64,000 nucleotides of DNA, from positions 50,503 to 114,502 of the forward strand of contig MCFE01000250.1 in the NCBI GenBank assembly GCA_002104905.1, written 5' to 3'. Within the stretch, counting starts at the first letter, position 1, and every line of letters starts with the position of its first letter. The notes beneath the pieces were generated by a model, which saw only the letters and a program-made list of their open reading frames with translations, made no database searches and was not told the origin of the DNA. The stretch is from Basidiobolus meristosporus CBS 931.73. Lineage: Eukaryota > Fungi > Basidiobolomycota. A program made the position numbers and the translations under genes. This document shows positions 1 to 13,374 of the stretch, one piece after another.

Positions 1-3000
1 CTATGTAAATGCCAAGTCTTCGATTTCTTCTGCATTTCATCACCACGTCTTGCATTGCCGATGATACCACACAGTCCGCCTTTCCAGCATATTGATCTCC
101 TAATCTGAGACAATGTTTAACGCCAAGGAATAAATTCATGCAAAGTGCAGAGGTCGAGCAACCTGAATAAAAGCCCAGCTTGTCACCCAGGTACGAGCAT
201 CAATCTTGCACTGCATCGCATTCATCATGACCATCTCCAACTCGAATGGCTCCTCCTTTTATGGTGCTAGAAGCGCTAGGAGAGCTACCGTGAAAGAATG
301 TAAGAAGTATTCATTTACTCTCGACTGATCCATCAGTACTGACCACATCACACCAGTCAGTAAATCAGAAATAGCCAACCGAATTCAGAATAGCAACCTC
401 GTTCGTCTAGTGGACGCATATCGCTCATTTGGCCACAAATGCGCCAGCATCGATCCACTGAATATGTGGCATCAGAGGTATGCTCACCATCCATGTGTGA
501 TGAACCCCAGTAGCTAACATCATGAACTTGCAGCCACGACGCGTCCTTGGACCCATCAACCTATGGACTAGATGACCCTCAAGCCGAATACCAACTTGAA
601 GGTAAGATCAGCCACTACTGATCACTGACTGCAATACTCACCAGTGCATTAGGAATTGTGAGTATGAAGGGTCTGTCAAAAGCAACGCTTGCTCAGATCA
701 TCAAGCATCTCGAGAATGTTTACTGTGGCCACATGGCATTTGAGTTTATGCACATCACCGTAAGTCCTCTTGCTATGTGATGATTCAGCTTGACACCCAC
801 TAATGCTGACGTGCAGGATGACTCTTTGCGCAGGTGGTTTGCTAGCCAAGCCGAGACATGTATCGACACCAACTTCTCCAAGGAGGAAAAGTACAAGTTT
901 CTTGAGTTGATGGCCAGGTCGGAGACCTTCGATCATTACATGATGCGTGAGTGTGGCCATCAGAAACAGTTCAGCCTGGAAGGCTCTGAGAGTGCGCTTG
1001 TTGCGCTCCAACAGGTCCTGGAGCACTCCAGTAAGGCAGGAGTGCTGGAGGTGGTGATGTGCCTGACTCACCGTTGTCGTATGCAGATCATGATGGAACT
1101 ACTGGGGGTTCCCAAGGACTCGCTGTTCCGTAAGTTCCAAGGGCTCTCCGAGTTTCCCGACGAAATCCCTTCCCACATCATTGGCGACCTGGTGTATAAC
1201 GCACAGGCCTCCGTAGACCTAAACCTTGGCGGCAAGCACCCACTGCATGTATCCGTAGTCCCCAATCCCTGTCATCTGGAACTCGTGAATCCAGTTGCCC
1301 TTGGCAAAGTCAGAGCCAAGCAGGAGGATTATTTGTCACTGGAGACGGATGACTACAAGGTAGAGGACATGGTGATGAGTGTTCAAATGCACGGCGATGG
1401 GGGCTTCACTGGCCAAGGGGTAGTCACCGAGACATTTGGCTTGACCAATCTCCCTCACTTCACCACCGGAGGCACCGTCCACATTGTGCTCAACAACCAA
1501 GTCAGTGTCACCACCGACTCGGCCAACGGGCGCTCTACCACCTATTCCTCTGACATTGGCAAGATGGTGGAAATACCGGCCATTCATGTGAATGGTGATC
1601 ATCCAGAAATGGCCGCCATTGCCGCCCGAATCGCCGTCAACTACCGCAAAACCTTTGGGAAGGACATCATCATCGACATGATCACGTATCGTCGCCACGG
1701 CCACCACGAGGCAGAGGACCCCTTCTGCGCACAGCCGCTGATGTACAAGGAGATCAAGGCTCATGACAGTGTCATCGACTTGTACACGCAGCACTTGGTC
1801 AGCGAGAAGGCCATTGATTCAGTCGATGTCAAGAACAACATCAAGGCAAGCCACGATGTTCATATCGCGAGCTGCTACCGAAATGCACCAAAATACCAGG
1901 TGCAGCCATCTCATTTGCTAGGAAAATGGCGATCGATGGTCATCCCACTGGAGAGCACTTGCAAAATGGACACCGGAGTGGACCCAAGCATTCTGCGTAG
2001 CATCGGGATCCGGGCAGTCACCGTTGCAAAGGACATCGTGCTGAACGAGAAAATGCAAAAGCTGAACATCGACACAAGAATGGAGCAGATGAAAGAAGGA
2101 AAGAAGATCGGGTATGCCTCAGCGGAGGCCATGGCGATCGGATCTCTCCTACTTGAGGGTCACCATGCTCGCATTTGTGGCCAGGATGTGGCCCGCGGCG
2201 TATTCATACCCAGACACGCCATGATAAACTGCCAGCAAACCAACACCAAGTACACCCCCCTGAACAACCTATCCTCGACCCAAGGGAAGCTTGAACTGGT
2301 GGATAGCCCGCTTGGTGAGCTAGCAGTGATGAGCTACGAGTATGGCATGTCCTTGGAGACTCCAAACCGGCTGAACATGTGGGAAGCTCAGCTCGGCGAC
2401 TTCTTCAACTCAGCACAGGAGGTGATTGACAGCTTCATCTCTGGAGGGGAAGAGAAATGGCTGCGCCAGTCGGGCCTAGTACTGGTGCTTCCTCATGGGT
2501 ACGAAGGTGCAGGCCCTGAGCACACCTCATGCCGTATCGAGCGCTTTCTCCAGCTGTCCAGCGATCGGTTCAATGTGACCGATCCAAATGTCAGCAATAA
2601 TGTCAACTGGCATGTGGTGAATTGCTCGACTCCTGCCCAATACTTCCATGTGCTACGCCGCCAGATGAAGCGAAACTATCGCAAGCCGCTGATTGTTGTT
2701 GGCCCTAAAAGGCTCACGCGCATTCTCAAGGCAGTCTCGGATCTGGATGACTTCGCACCGGGAACCTCATTCCAGCCGGTGATTTCTGATATGGAAGCCA
2801 ACAGGCTATCAGTTCGACGAGTGATCTTCGTCTCTGGTAAGCTGTACTATGAGCTGCTAGAGGAACGGGCCAAGAAAGAAATGGTGGATCAAGTGGCGCT
2901 AATCAGGGTGGAGGAATACTCCCCGTTCCCCAAGGAAGACTTGGAAGCGGAGATATCCAAGTATCCATCAGCATCTGAATTTGTGTGGTGCCAAGAGGAG

Positions 3001-3204
3001 ACACAAAACGGCGGAGCGTGGTACTTCATGGAATCGAGGCTCAATCAGCTACTACCCAGCCAACACAAGCTCAAATACGTTGGGAGATCCACTTGTGCTG
3101 CCCCAGCCAACGGCATTTACGTGAAGCACCTTACCGAGCAGAAGCAGATCTATGAAGAGGCATTAACCCTCTCATCAGCACAACATAGTCTCTTACCTCA
3201 CTAA
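1..3204. repeat. Left arm of an inverted segmental duplication (partner ~42101-45306)
   Basis: The reverse complement of ~42101-45306 matches this interval nearly base for base, including introns and upstream sequence up to the window edge. Homology stops around the stop codon. Confidence 0.95.
227..3204 (+). CDS. 2-oxoacid dehydrogenase E1, DHTKD1/OGDH-like, divergent; 5 exons, long last exon from ~817
   Basis: ThDP motif HGDGGF...HIVLNNQ, YRRHGH, WEAQLGDF, LPHGYEGAGPEH. Upstream exons reconstructed by eye through GT-AG introns (e.g. 300-356) give NLVRLVDAYRSFGHKCASIDPL, typical of the DHTKD1-like N-terminus. Start codon uncertain. Confidence 0.9.
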
Positions 3205-4209
3205 GCCTGATTAGTGATTGCATACGTTAGTATACATACATGCATTTATTTATTGATTGATTTATCAGATCAGGATATGCAGTGGAGTATTATCATGGTT
3301 AGAAACAGAATATTCATAATGTAAAAATCCACGTACAATACAAGTAAAAAGTAGCATCCAACCCGAGAAAAGACGAGTATAGTATGTATACGAAAGTGAC
3401 AGTGCTGACGCATTGGTAATGATTACTCAAAAACTTGGTGATTTTTTAAACGCCTGTGACTGGTGATAATAACAGTCAGGTTCAAATAGGACAATGATAG
3501 GAATATTAGCACTCAGCAATACAGTACCAAAATATAACATTTCTACTTATAAGTCCGCAGCACAGACATAACGCAAGGAAGCCAAACAAACTCAGCACTC
3601 AGCCAATATACAACCAACTTGAGTGAGCGTTATTATACAGAGGCCTCGGCTAAATTTTCTAGTGTATAATGCGTAATCCTGGCAATCATTAATTAAGGCT
3701 TTATTGTGGTTTTTCGTTCCAAAGCGGATTCCGCCACGTTAATATCGTGCAAAATTAGTTCAGTCCACTGGTTGCCAGCATATTCTACCACTTCCAACGC
3801 CTCAATGATGTACAGTCATGTTTGAGAATGTGCAATACCGATCCAATCCCCTGATGCTATCTGCTACTATTTTGATCAAAGAGCCAATCTGTACTGTTCG
3901 TCGGCATTAGTGGCCACGTTTTTACCATTAACCCGCTCCGCTACTTGACGTGTTATACCAGGCCTGCCAACGAGTACCATCAATACCCATTATGCAATAG
4001 CCGAGAGTGGTTTTTGTATCCGACCAACCAATTTGCCTTGTTTTTTCGAAATTTCTTTGTCCCCATTCAACGTGAGTGATCTGAATGATACCATTTATAT
4101 CCATTGACCTTCTCCCATACTATTTGTAATGTTAGCCAAGCGAAGATTACTTCCCGAACACTCGACTTATAAAAGGGCACTCCCCCCCCCTCATCCCTTT
4201 AGGACAAAC

Positions 4210-4796
4210 ATGGATACGAATACAACTGATCATTTCGACGCACTCTCCCCCGAACTGACCATATGGCAATCTTCAGCTATTTGCTAGACCACGATCTATG
4301 CAGGTGCTCTGTGGTCTCGCGGAAATGGAGGACAATCAGCAACAACGAATCCCTATGGCGTAGCCTTTGCAAGGAATCCTGGGAAGGGAAGAAAGGGTGG
4401 TCAGGCCTTGCCAATCTATCGGTCGACCAAGTCGCCTCTGCTCTCGTCACCAAAAACGCTTTGTCTGCCGCCAAACTGCCACTCAATGACCACGTGAGCT
4501 GGAAGCTCTGGCTTCAACTCTCACACAAGGATAGTCAGAGGACTTGTATAACTGTGGATGAAATGTGTGGTGATTGGATTCTTCACATCGGGATCAATCA
4601 GAAATGTGACCCAATTCCCACACGATTCGAATCCGACTTCTCATTTTCATCCGAGAACACCGGTGTGTTGAAATGGGAAATGGTGGGCAATGCAATCAAG
4701 CTGCCAGACTTCCCTCCTCTGCAGGTAGCAAGAACCGCCGATTGGGGCTGGAGGCTTTATTGTCCATATTTCGCATTTTATAAAGCAGAGGCATAG
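4210..4796 (+). CDS. F-box protein, interrupted by a 2-nt (AT) insertion at 4261-4262
   Basis: ATG 4210 gives MDTNTTDHFDALSPELT; removing one AT joins it to MAIFSYLLDHDLCRCSVVSRKWRTISNNESLWR, a complete F-box motif. TATAAAA at ~4168. Confidence 0.8.
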
Positions 4797-5630
4797 AGTT
4801 TTCTGCACATATGTGTTACCTTTATAGAGACTGTATATAGTAAAGCATTTGAGTCAATGAGACAACCTACAGTTTTTTTATAGAAATTAGGATCAGAATA
4901 CACTGTGGAAAGGCATGTTGAGCTATTTTACAAATAAACAACTAAGCGCCAAGCAAGTGTGTTCAATGATCGCATACTTTGTGGCCTGCTTGAAAATTTA
5001 TCTCGGCTGGTAATTTGTTTTATGATTTGTTAAATCTCCCTGGTTTGAGGATCTGAACATTGAATTGATGCAAGCCTTGAAAATATCGAATACACCCATC
5101 ACTCTGTATGTTTCTTTTCACAACCTACCACAAAATATGTTGTGTATTATTTCTACCCCAAGCAGAACTCTCGGATAGACACCATCAGAATACCATATGA
5201 AATTCTGCAGAAATTGTAAATTCCTCAAAGATGAGGATTATGGACTGTATTCAAGCATAACACCACATGCCAAGTATGAAGCCAAGCTATGAGCAATACA
5301 AAAGTTATGAGTGTATTTGGGGTGGAAGACCATCGTAAGACCGTATTGAAAAGGAATGAATGCGGTCCAGAAATCCAGCTTTGAAATTTCCGATGGGCTA
5401 CTGGGCGAGTTCACGCTACCTTTTATGCAATAAATCAACAAGGGAAAAATATAGTTCCTCCTAGTTTTCATCAAACCACTACCTAACTTCCAAAAATACT
5501 CCTTCAGATCAAGATTTTAAACTTGGAATTCACAGTCCTGAAGTCAGGCAACTGATTGCATTGAACTTCTCTTCACAATCTTTGGATTACTGGTTACAAA
5601 TTTTCATAGGAGCATTGTAGTAGCAAACAT

Positions 5631-5700
5631 TGAGCCAACTTAGAATTGAACCAGGGGTCATCTGATCTCTAAGCAAACAGTACCAGCTACCGTGCCCTCT
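5631..5700 (-). other. Degenerate tRNA-like remnant (pseudo-tRNA or SINE head)
   Basis: Minus strand has a T-arm-like CCTGG-TTCAATT-CTAAG followed by TTGGCTCA, but the acceptor and D arms do not pair well. Lies in CpG-poor sequence. Confidence 0.3.
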
Positions 5701-6248
5701 GTGCCTATACAACCTGGAAAACTCTCCCAGACTTGGAATTCAGCGTTGGGATTATACATTCCTTTTGGCAATCATTCTTCCAATCCCCGCACCCAAACAT
5801 TTACAGATGCACTTCGCATTGACCCACGGTTACCCAATCACTTGAAAGATAGAAGATGACCCACTTTCAGCAATTCACCCAAATTTGGATGGTATTCTGA
5901 AGCCATCTGGCGAATAGTAGCGATCGAACGGCACTGAGTGTCAATCACCCTACACATCATGCAGGTACATTGACGAGCTTATGGAACATAGAGAAAGTGA
6001 TTTCGTTGAAAGTGCACCGAAATTCTGCAAAAGGTGGACCTGACTGGCATTGAAGACCGTGACTATCCAAGTGGTTGGAAGGGAAATCAGGATAGATGCC
6101 TAATTGGGCTCGATTCATCTACTCGGATCTTTCATGGTTGACCGAGTATGACTGCACAAGGGATGTGGATATATTTCACGTGTGATTTGGCTAATACATG
6201 TTGTCGGACCAGGTCAAGTTGTCCTGGGCGTACGACGAATTATCAGGA

Positions 6249-7922
6249 TTACAAATACGCAGCTTGAGGATGGCTCTGTTGAATCTGGGACCTGAGGATG
6301 CGTCTAAGGATTTTACCATGGGTGTTCCGAGGGATATGATCCACAAAAATCACCCCCGCCCGAAGCCTCTTGAAGTCAGTCACTCTGTCCGCCACCTGGT
6401 CCACGATCTGCTCCGCAAGCCCCTCCGAAGCAAGGTGAGGATCGCTCAACACCACGCACCCACAAGGCAAATCGGTCTGCTCCCTCTCAGAGGAGAAACC
6501 GATCACCGCCGCCTCGGATACCGCTGGATGAAGGAGAAGATGCCCCTCAAGCTCGGCCGGAATCACCACGTTGTTTTTGTACTTGATCACCTCCTTGATG
6601 CGGTCGACGATGTGCAACGAGTTGCTCTCGTCTACGTAGCCAATATCTCCCGAATGAAAGAACCCAGAGGAGTCAAAGGCGTCCTGAGCCCCGACGGGGC
6701 TTTTGAAGTAGCCTTTCATCATGCTTGGCCCCCGCGCGCAGATCTCACCCCTCTGACCAGAGCCCAAGGCTTGGCCATCCTCGTCCACGATTTTGATCTC
6801 GTAGTTAGGCATCAGGTATCCGGTGGATTCCTCGGCAGCCGCCGAGGGAGTGGTGAAAACTATCCCCCCGCAGCATTCGGTCATGCCGTACAGGGACCCG
6901 ATGACCATGTTGTACTTCTCTTGCACCAAGTCACACACCTTACGTGACAATGGACTACCGAAGTAGAAGCCCCGCTTCATGCAGCTGAGGTCATACTTGG
7001 CCACCAATGGGCTTTTCGAGAGTAGACTGATGACGTACGGGGCGACGGTGATGTTCGCAATCCGGTATTTCTCCACCGCCTCCAGGAAAAGTTCGAAGGA
7101 GTACCTTTGCGGCAAAAGAATGAAGAGGCTACCTCCCAGGAGAGTGGAAAGCACCATGGAAAACCCTGAGATGTAGCACATGGGAGAGGTGTTCAAGGCC
7201 GTCCCCCTGAGAGTGTCGCTGTATTTTCTGGCCATCGCACCGAATTGTGTCAAGTGAGCGACGATATTTCGGTGGGTCAACAGGATGCCCTTGGGTGTAG
7301 CAGTGGTCCCGGATGAGTACATCAACAGGGCGGGACTATCCGCGTACTCCTCGGGGTCCAAGGTCCAATCAAGCACCCCGGAGCTGTACGCCAGCGCAGT
7401 CCAGACGTAGTCCGGGGAATCCTCGCTGTCCAACACGAAAATCCGTGTGTCCTGGAGATTGGCCAGCCTGGCCGCCTCCTTGACCGTTTCGAATACTGCC
7501 ACGCTGGAAATGATGATCCCAGGCATGGAATCAGAGAGTTGGGAAGCCATCTCCTGTGCTTTGTATTCCGCGTTAACTGGCATACATGTCCCACCTAGAG
7601 AAGGCCGTTAGAATGCAGAAGAGACAACGGCAGAAGTTCTTCCAAACATACCGGTTGCAATAGTACCAAATACCACTGAACTGTAATCCAGGTGGTTGTC
7701 GGACACCAGAGCCAGGAGACACCCCTTTCCAAAGCCATGACCTTCCCTCAGACCCTTGGCGATTCGCTTTGAGCCATCCTTCACTTGGGCCAAGCATCTA
7801 GTCTCTTGTGTGAGATGGTCCAAGAATATGGGAGCGGTCTCATCATAGCGGCCAGAAGTGGCGAATGTGTAAAGATCAAGGTTCGGGATATCCACACGCG
7901 GGTATGGTGAAGAGAAAATCAT
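6249..7922 (-). CDS. AMP-binding acyl-CoA/4-coumarate-CoA ligase-like adenylate-forming enzyme; intron 7595-7651
   Basis: YSSGTTATPKG, YGMTE, HSGDIGYVD, DRIKEVIK and GKILRR motifs. Exon 1 (7652-7922) joins via GTATGT...CTAG. Confidence 0.9.
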
Positions 7923-10081
7923 CTAGGGGTGGGCAACAGGCATAGTCAAACACCAATATATACCCCGCCCAGGGTTACAAAGGCCAACTCCAGTAGCACA
8001 ACCAACCTCGACACCATTGGCTTCTTTACCTGCAAACTTAACACTGTGTCTCCAACGAAGGAGTTGCAACTTTGGTCACCCATCAAAGAGAAACCTAGCC
8101 AAACAAATCACCAATCAACCTGGCGCATATACCATGCTTATGCACGGAATGACGATCCGCGCACTTTTTTGTCAGTGGTGGAGAGAACGATCAACATCAT
8201 AGAACTGGTATCGTGGGATGTAAATTGGGACAAATCCTTGGGATCATATACGGCAGCCTTAACCAACCTATCGGGTTCGCATCTGATGGTCAAAACGTGG
8301 ACCATCAGGTGAAGTCACGTGCCGATACTCGCACCTTCTCAACAGAGTTGAACTTGGTGTGCCTAGATCGAACGTAGGCCAGCTACTGGATGAACCGATG
8401 GATGCGGAAATTTCTACACCACATCAGGCAAGATGGCGAGTGTATGAGAGTATTGGCTGTCCTTCGTTGAAATCCCCTTCTATCAGAGGGAAGAGCATGA
8501 GAAACACTGGTGTCACCCGTATTGGTAGCCCATTCCTTCCACAGAATGCATGGACCAACCATTGGGATTCCGGTTAGCGCGAGTTTAGAGTCGAGTGCTC
8601 GTACAACGCAACATCCAATCAGTGGTCGTGCCTGCTCGTCAGCAATGGCTTGGATTCATCAAGAGAAAAAAAGCCATTCCAAAGCATCGGTGATTCGTAT
8701 TCCATCGATAGACGAGAATTCGAGCAGGGTTCTGGATGCGGCAGAGGGAATCTTGGGAGGCATGTGGGCGGATTCTGTTGAGTGGCCAGAGATAGCAAGT
8801 CATATCACTATCTACATCTCACCGACACGGTGCGGAACGAGACATAAAGGGAATCATAAACACAAATCCATCGTTCATTTAGCCGAGCTCCATGGCGGAA
8901 AATTAAGGTAATAAGCTCATCTAATCAAGCGAGGGGTTGAGTAGATATGCTCTTTTCATCCATGGAGGCTGCAACAGAGTGACTAGTGATCTCTGACCTC
9001 CTCTGCTGAATCGAATTGGGGAATCGAACATGCCACAGTCGTTGGGGACGATGGTGACAAATGAAAAGAAGCCCATTTAGCAATCGGTATTCTATGAATG
9101 TTTCACGGAAATCATAGGAGGGATCGATCGCAGCATCCGGATTCTGCTTGATTGATATCAGGGAATTCCTACAAATATGATCGGATGAGGCTTGAGTGAT
9201 CCCCACGAAAGGGAAAAATCAACAATGAGCATGCTGCCACACCGAGACGACGTGGCTTTCTGAATCACCGGTCCTGGCCACCATTGGTGCGATTCTTATC
9301 CAACCAAGCGCCACGGTGAGGTCGAGGAAAATTCGATGAAGGGCCAAGATATGTTAATATCAAGATCAATCATATTCCAAGATGCTCACTGAAACCAAGC
9401 GAATCCTCCGGTGTGGATGGACCATTTCCAGCCGAACCTGCCATGGATTTTCCCATCACAAATTGTGTCGCAATGGCCTGCGATATGTTATGTTTTAGGT
9501 TGCAAACTCTCAGCAAGCCACATCATTGGATTGGTTTGTGACCGATTTATCCGCCAGCAATGGGTATAAAGTTCCAGCACTTGTCACACATCCTGACAAT
9601 TTCCCAACCTCAGCTGTCTTCTCCAAATCAAATCAATGGCTCTACAACGCAAGGAATCCATTCTGTCCCCCACCTACCAATCGTCGGTACAAAAGCTGGA
9701 GTTGGATCGACCTGTCCCTGAGATCGTCCTCAAGAGACGAAACGCAATTGTGGAGTCTTTGTTTCATCCTGCAAAGACTTACCAGACTCCTATCGTCAGC
9801 TCTCGTTAAGCCACCTCGCTGCTTCTGTAGATAAACCAGCCCAGCCATGACTGCCCCCAAGCCAGCCTTGTAGAAATCTTTGTCCTTTATTGGCGTACAA
9901 ATCATCCTTAGAATGTAGCCCTGTCGAGCGTGACCTCCATTAGAAATTGCGATATAGAGCATCCAAGTTTATTGTAGATACCACTCCACTCTCGTAGCAG
10001 ACTGACGAGTCCGAAAATTTCAACATTGAATAAAAAACCACTTGATGCCTAATTGATGTACTGCAACACCGATGGTCTGGT

Positions 10082-11196
10082 CTATTCAATGGTCTCGATT
10101 TCAGTGGTGCCTTTCATGGTTATATGACCGTTCTGGTTGATTGCCCAGAGTTCGTACGATCCACTGGAGATAGATTTCTTGCCACAGATCTGGAATGGCT
10201 CTTGAACATACATCGGGAGTAAGGCTCTATATGAGAATGACTTGATACGCTGGTTAGAGGGAAGGTTGGCAGCCAATAGCTCCAGCAGCAGCGTGGTTGT
10301 AAGTGGGCCTTGTACCAAGCAAGCTGCATATAAATCGAGATCAGCAAACAATACTAGGGGCGCCTAATTTTGGTATCAAAAGGTACCTGGGTACTTCTCG
10401 ACTTGGGTGGTGTAGCTATGATCGTAATGAATAAGATGCGGATTATATGTTAATGCTGAGTATCTGAACAACATGAGTGAGGTTGGGTGAATGGTCATGG
10501 AAAAATCTGGAGTTTTGCGAGCTGTACGAGAATAAATCAGTACTCAAAGACATCTACTCAGGCTACGCTTCAACTACCAACCTTTCACTCCTCGTATTTC
10601 CTTGGTGCTGTGCTCAGGAATCCTCATATAGGCTAAACACCTAGTGTCTCTGACTGAGAACCCAGAGTCGTTGGTTATGTTTTTTTCCAAGGTAACTAAT
10701 ACAGTCTCTCCCTGACTCCCAGTAAGTACGCTGATATCCTGGCATTTGGTCACCATGGTGACCTTTGCCCAACTGTTATGGGGTTGGAATTGTCAAACTG
10801 TAAGATGCCAGAAGCCCACATTCGGCGTTCAAAAGGCTTCGGCGGGCGGTAGCAAGCTTCATAGCCATCAGTAGACAATTCTTCATCCCGATATCTAGGT
10901 GGGAAAAAAGCCAAATGCCAGTTTGGAGGTAATGGAGAGCCGACTTCAGGTAATTCAGCCGATTTTCTGTTTAGAACGAGAGCCATCAATTGGCAAACAG
11001 ATGCAGTAACAACATCGTTCTCTACGTTTACTTGAGAAAGTGAGGCGTCTTTCCATTTGTAAAAATCACTAGACTGAGTTGCCTCCTGACTCGAGTGTCT
11101 ACTAGAGACCCTTTGAACTAAGGAGTATCCTGCGTTAAAAAGTCGGGCTGACCTTGCTTTGCTGGAGAACGGAGTCTTTCGTAATAGCTGATACAT
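10082..11196 (-). CDS. HTD2: Mitochondrial hydroxyacyl-thioester dehydratase type 2 (hot-dog fold); 2 introns; -1 indel at the T-run 10764-10766
   Basis: LPPNWHLAFF, PPKPFERRMWASG, LFRYSALTYNPHLIHYD and VQGPLTTTLLL motifs; basic N-terminal presequence. Confidence 0.85.
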
Positions 11197-11368
11197 GGAA
11201 ATGACCAAGTGATATCGATCATCCTACATGTGCTTGTAAATTTCCAAAACCGTTCATTTCTCGAAATGTGATTTGGGTGGCACCATCTGGAATCCGGTGA
11301 ATCTTATAAATCAATCAATCTTTCAATGTTATCGTCCTTACAGTGAACAAACATTGTTGGAATACACC

Positions 11369-11602
11369 ATGAGCTCGGAGCCGACTGCCAACGCTAAGCT
11401 TGATAACAATACCAAGGTGGAAGAACAAGTGGAGGAGGAAGAGGAAGAGGAAGACGAGTATGAGCTGAGAATAAAGCGAACTGGCTGCTATGAAGAGAAT
11501 GAGGCCCTTCAACTCTGCTTCTACGACACCAAGGACTGGAGAAAATGCAAAGACGAAATGGAGAAATTCAGAGAGTGCTGGAAGAAGCATCAACAGCAAT
11601 AA
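11369..11602 (+). CDS. COA4: Twin CX9C cytochrome c oxidase assembly factor
   Basis: IKRTGCYEENEALQLCFYDTKDWRKCKDEMEKFRECW: two CX9C motifs after an acidic N-terminus. Confidence 0.85.
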   Translation: MSSEPTANAKLDNNTKVEEQVEEEEEEEDEYELRIKRTGCYEENEALQLCFYDTKDWRKCKDEMEKFRECWKKHQQQ

Positions 11603-11826
11603 AGAGCAATTCTTGTGGTGGCCTTACTTATCTCTATCTTTTCCGGACCAGAAAAATGCCTTGATAGTGCATAGCCATACTGTACTGCCATTTATCTCTA
11701 CTACGTCAATGAATAATTGGAGTTTGATAAATTTGCTCCCAGTACGAGGATAAATGCACGTGATTTGAATCCATTCAAAACATCAAGTGTAATTGTATTT
11801 CACTGTATATCGAGTTATCTACAACC

Positions 11827-13277
11827 ATGAGTGAAAAGGTCAACACTGAAGCCACAGCCTCAAAGGTTATTAGTGAGGATGAGGTTGCCTTGTACGATCG
11901 TCAGATTCGTTTGTGGGGTTTAGAAGCACAACAGAGGTAAACCAACTAGTTGCCCATGAAAAATTAGCCTATCGTCTCAAAGTTTTCCAGAATGAGGAAT
12001 GCCTCCATCTTGATTGTCGGCCTCTCTGCGTTATCCAACGAAGTGTGCAAAAACCTTGTGCTTGCGGGAATCGGCTCGATCACCATAGTTGATGATAAAA
12101 GCGTAACACGAGAAGATTTGGGTGCGCAATTCTACATCTCTGAGGAAAGTGTTGGTAAAAATGTAAATAGTTCGTGGCTTCACTATATCCCGACTGGTGA
12201 TAGCAGACTCACTAGAATTCTGAGGTAGAGAGCGGAGTCAGCCGTGGAAGGCCTGCGGAATCTTAACCCACGCGTAAAGATAAATGTCCTTGCCGAGAAT
12301 ATTCAAACGCAGGCCGATGATTTCTTTACCGGATTTGAGATAGTCGTTCTTACGGAGTGCGATCTGGCCACTATGGTTGATTTGATATTTAGCCGACCCT
12401 TTCCGCTCGATGTTCTAACCTTGGCATTTGCGTTATTCAGAAACGTATCAACCGCCTCTGCCATCAAGCAGGAACCAAATTCTACAGTGCCGATACATAC
12501 GGGTTCTTTGGATACATCTTCTGTGATCTTGTCGAGCATGATTACATTGAGTACGCTGTTTTTAGTTGAGGTGCCTTGATTCTATCGTTATTCATACCGA
12601 ATTCCTCTTCCCAGAGATCGCAAGGAAACTACGGTGTCCAAGAACGAGGAGCCGGAGATTAAGCGAGTCAAGAAGAGCGAGGAATTTGTAAGCTTGGAAG
12701 CTGCCCTGTCCAAGAGCTGGAGCAATATGACCTTGCGTCAGATCAAAAAAAGAATCTCCCCCGTATTCTTTGGGATCCAGCGTATGTTACTTTTACGTAT
12801 GAGTGAGTGAAGTACCCGAGTCCTAAACCCCCACATTAGTCTTATGGCAGTTCCAAGAAGCGCATCAACGTCTCCCGACTCCTGAAGACACCGAAGAAAT
12901 CCTAAGTCTGCGGAACAGCTTCCTTCCGACTATCTCGGTGGATACATCGGTCCTAAGTGACGAATTTTTGACGTGCGTTTGCGCCATCTACATTCGCACG
13001 TATAACAACTCTAACCATTTGCTAAAGGACCTTGGTACTGAATGCGCGGGCTGATCTTACTCCTGTGTGCGCCATTGTCGGCGGTATATTGGCGCAGGAA
13101 ATCTTGAAGGTACTATCCGCCAAAGAGCTGCCAGTGAACAATTTCTTCTTGTATAACGGACTTGATGGTATGTTGATCATTCCAAACTCATGCACACCCA
13201 CTCTGACCAACACTTACCAACCTGTCGGAATAGGCACCGGGTTGGTGCACCAAGTCGAGCCAACCAAGGAGCAGTAG
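11827..13277 (+). CDS. AOS1: SUMO-activating enzyme subunit 1 (E1 ThiF-like), multi-exon
   Basis: ALYDRQIRLWGLEAQQR, KNLVLAGIGSITIVD, LNPRVKI, PVCAIVGGILAQEILK; no catalytic Cys domain. Confidence 0.88.
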
Positions 13278-13374
13278 TCGCTTCAATTTAGACCAAACGA
13301 CTGTTGAACATTCTCTATACATCTCAGCCTCATCCGTCCGGAATGAAACTGAGCAGTTTATTAAATAAATTTCT

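Noticed and set aside
5238-5940. Possible CRE/MoTeR-type RT remnant (KLDFWTAF resembling LDFxNAF)
   Set aside because: Similarity is too short and broken to support without a profile search.
7929-9962. Short ORFs in the 2-kb intergenic region
   Set aside because: No recognisable domains, non-ATG starts, overlapping frames.
227-11196. Biosynthetic gene cluster (E1-like, ligase, dehydratase)
   Set aside because: No core synthase; HTD2 and the following genes are housekeeping; adjacency alone is not evidence.
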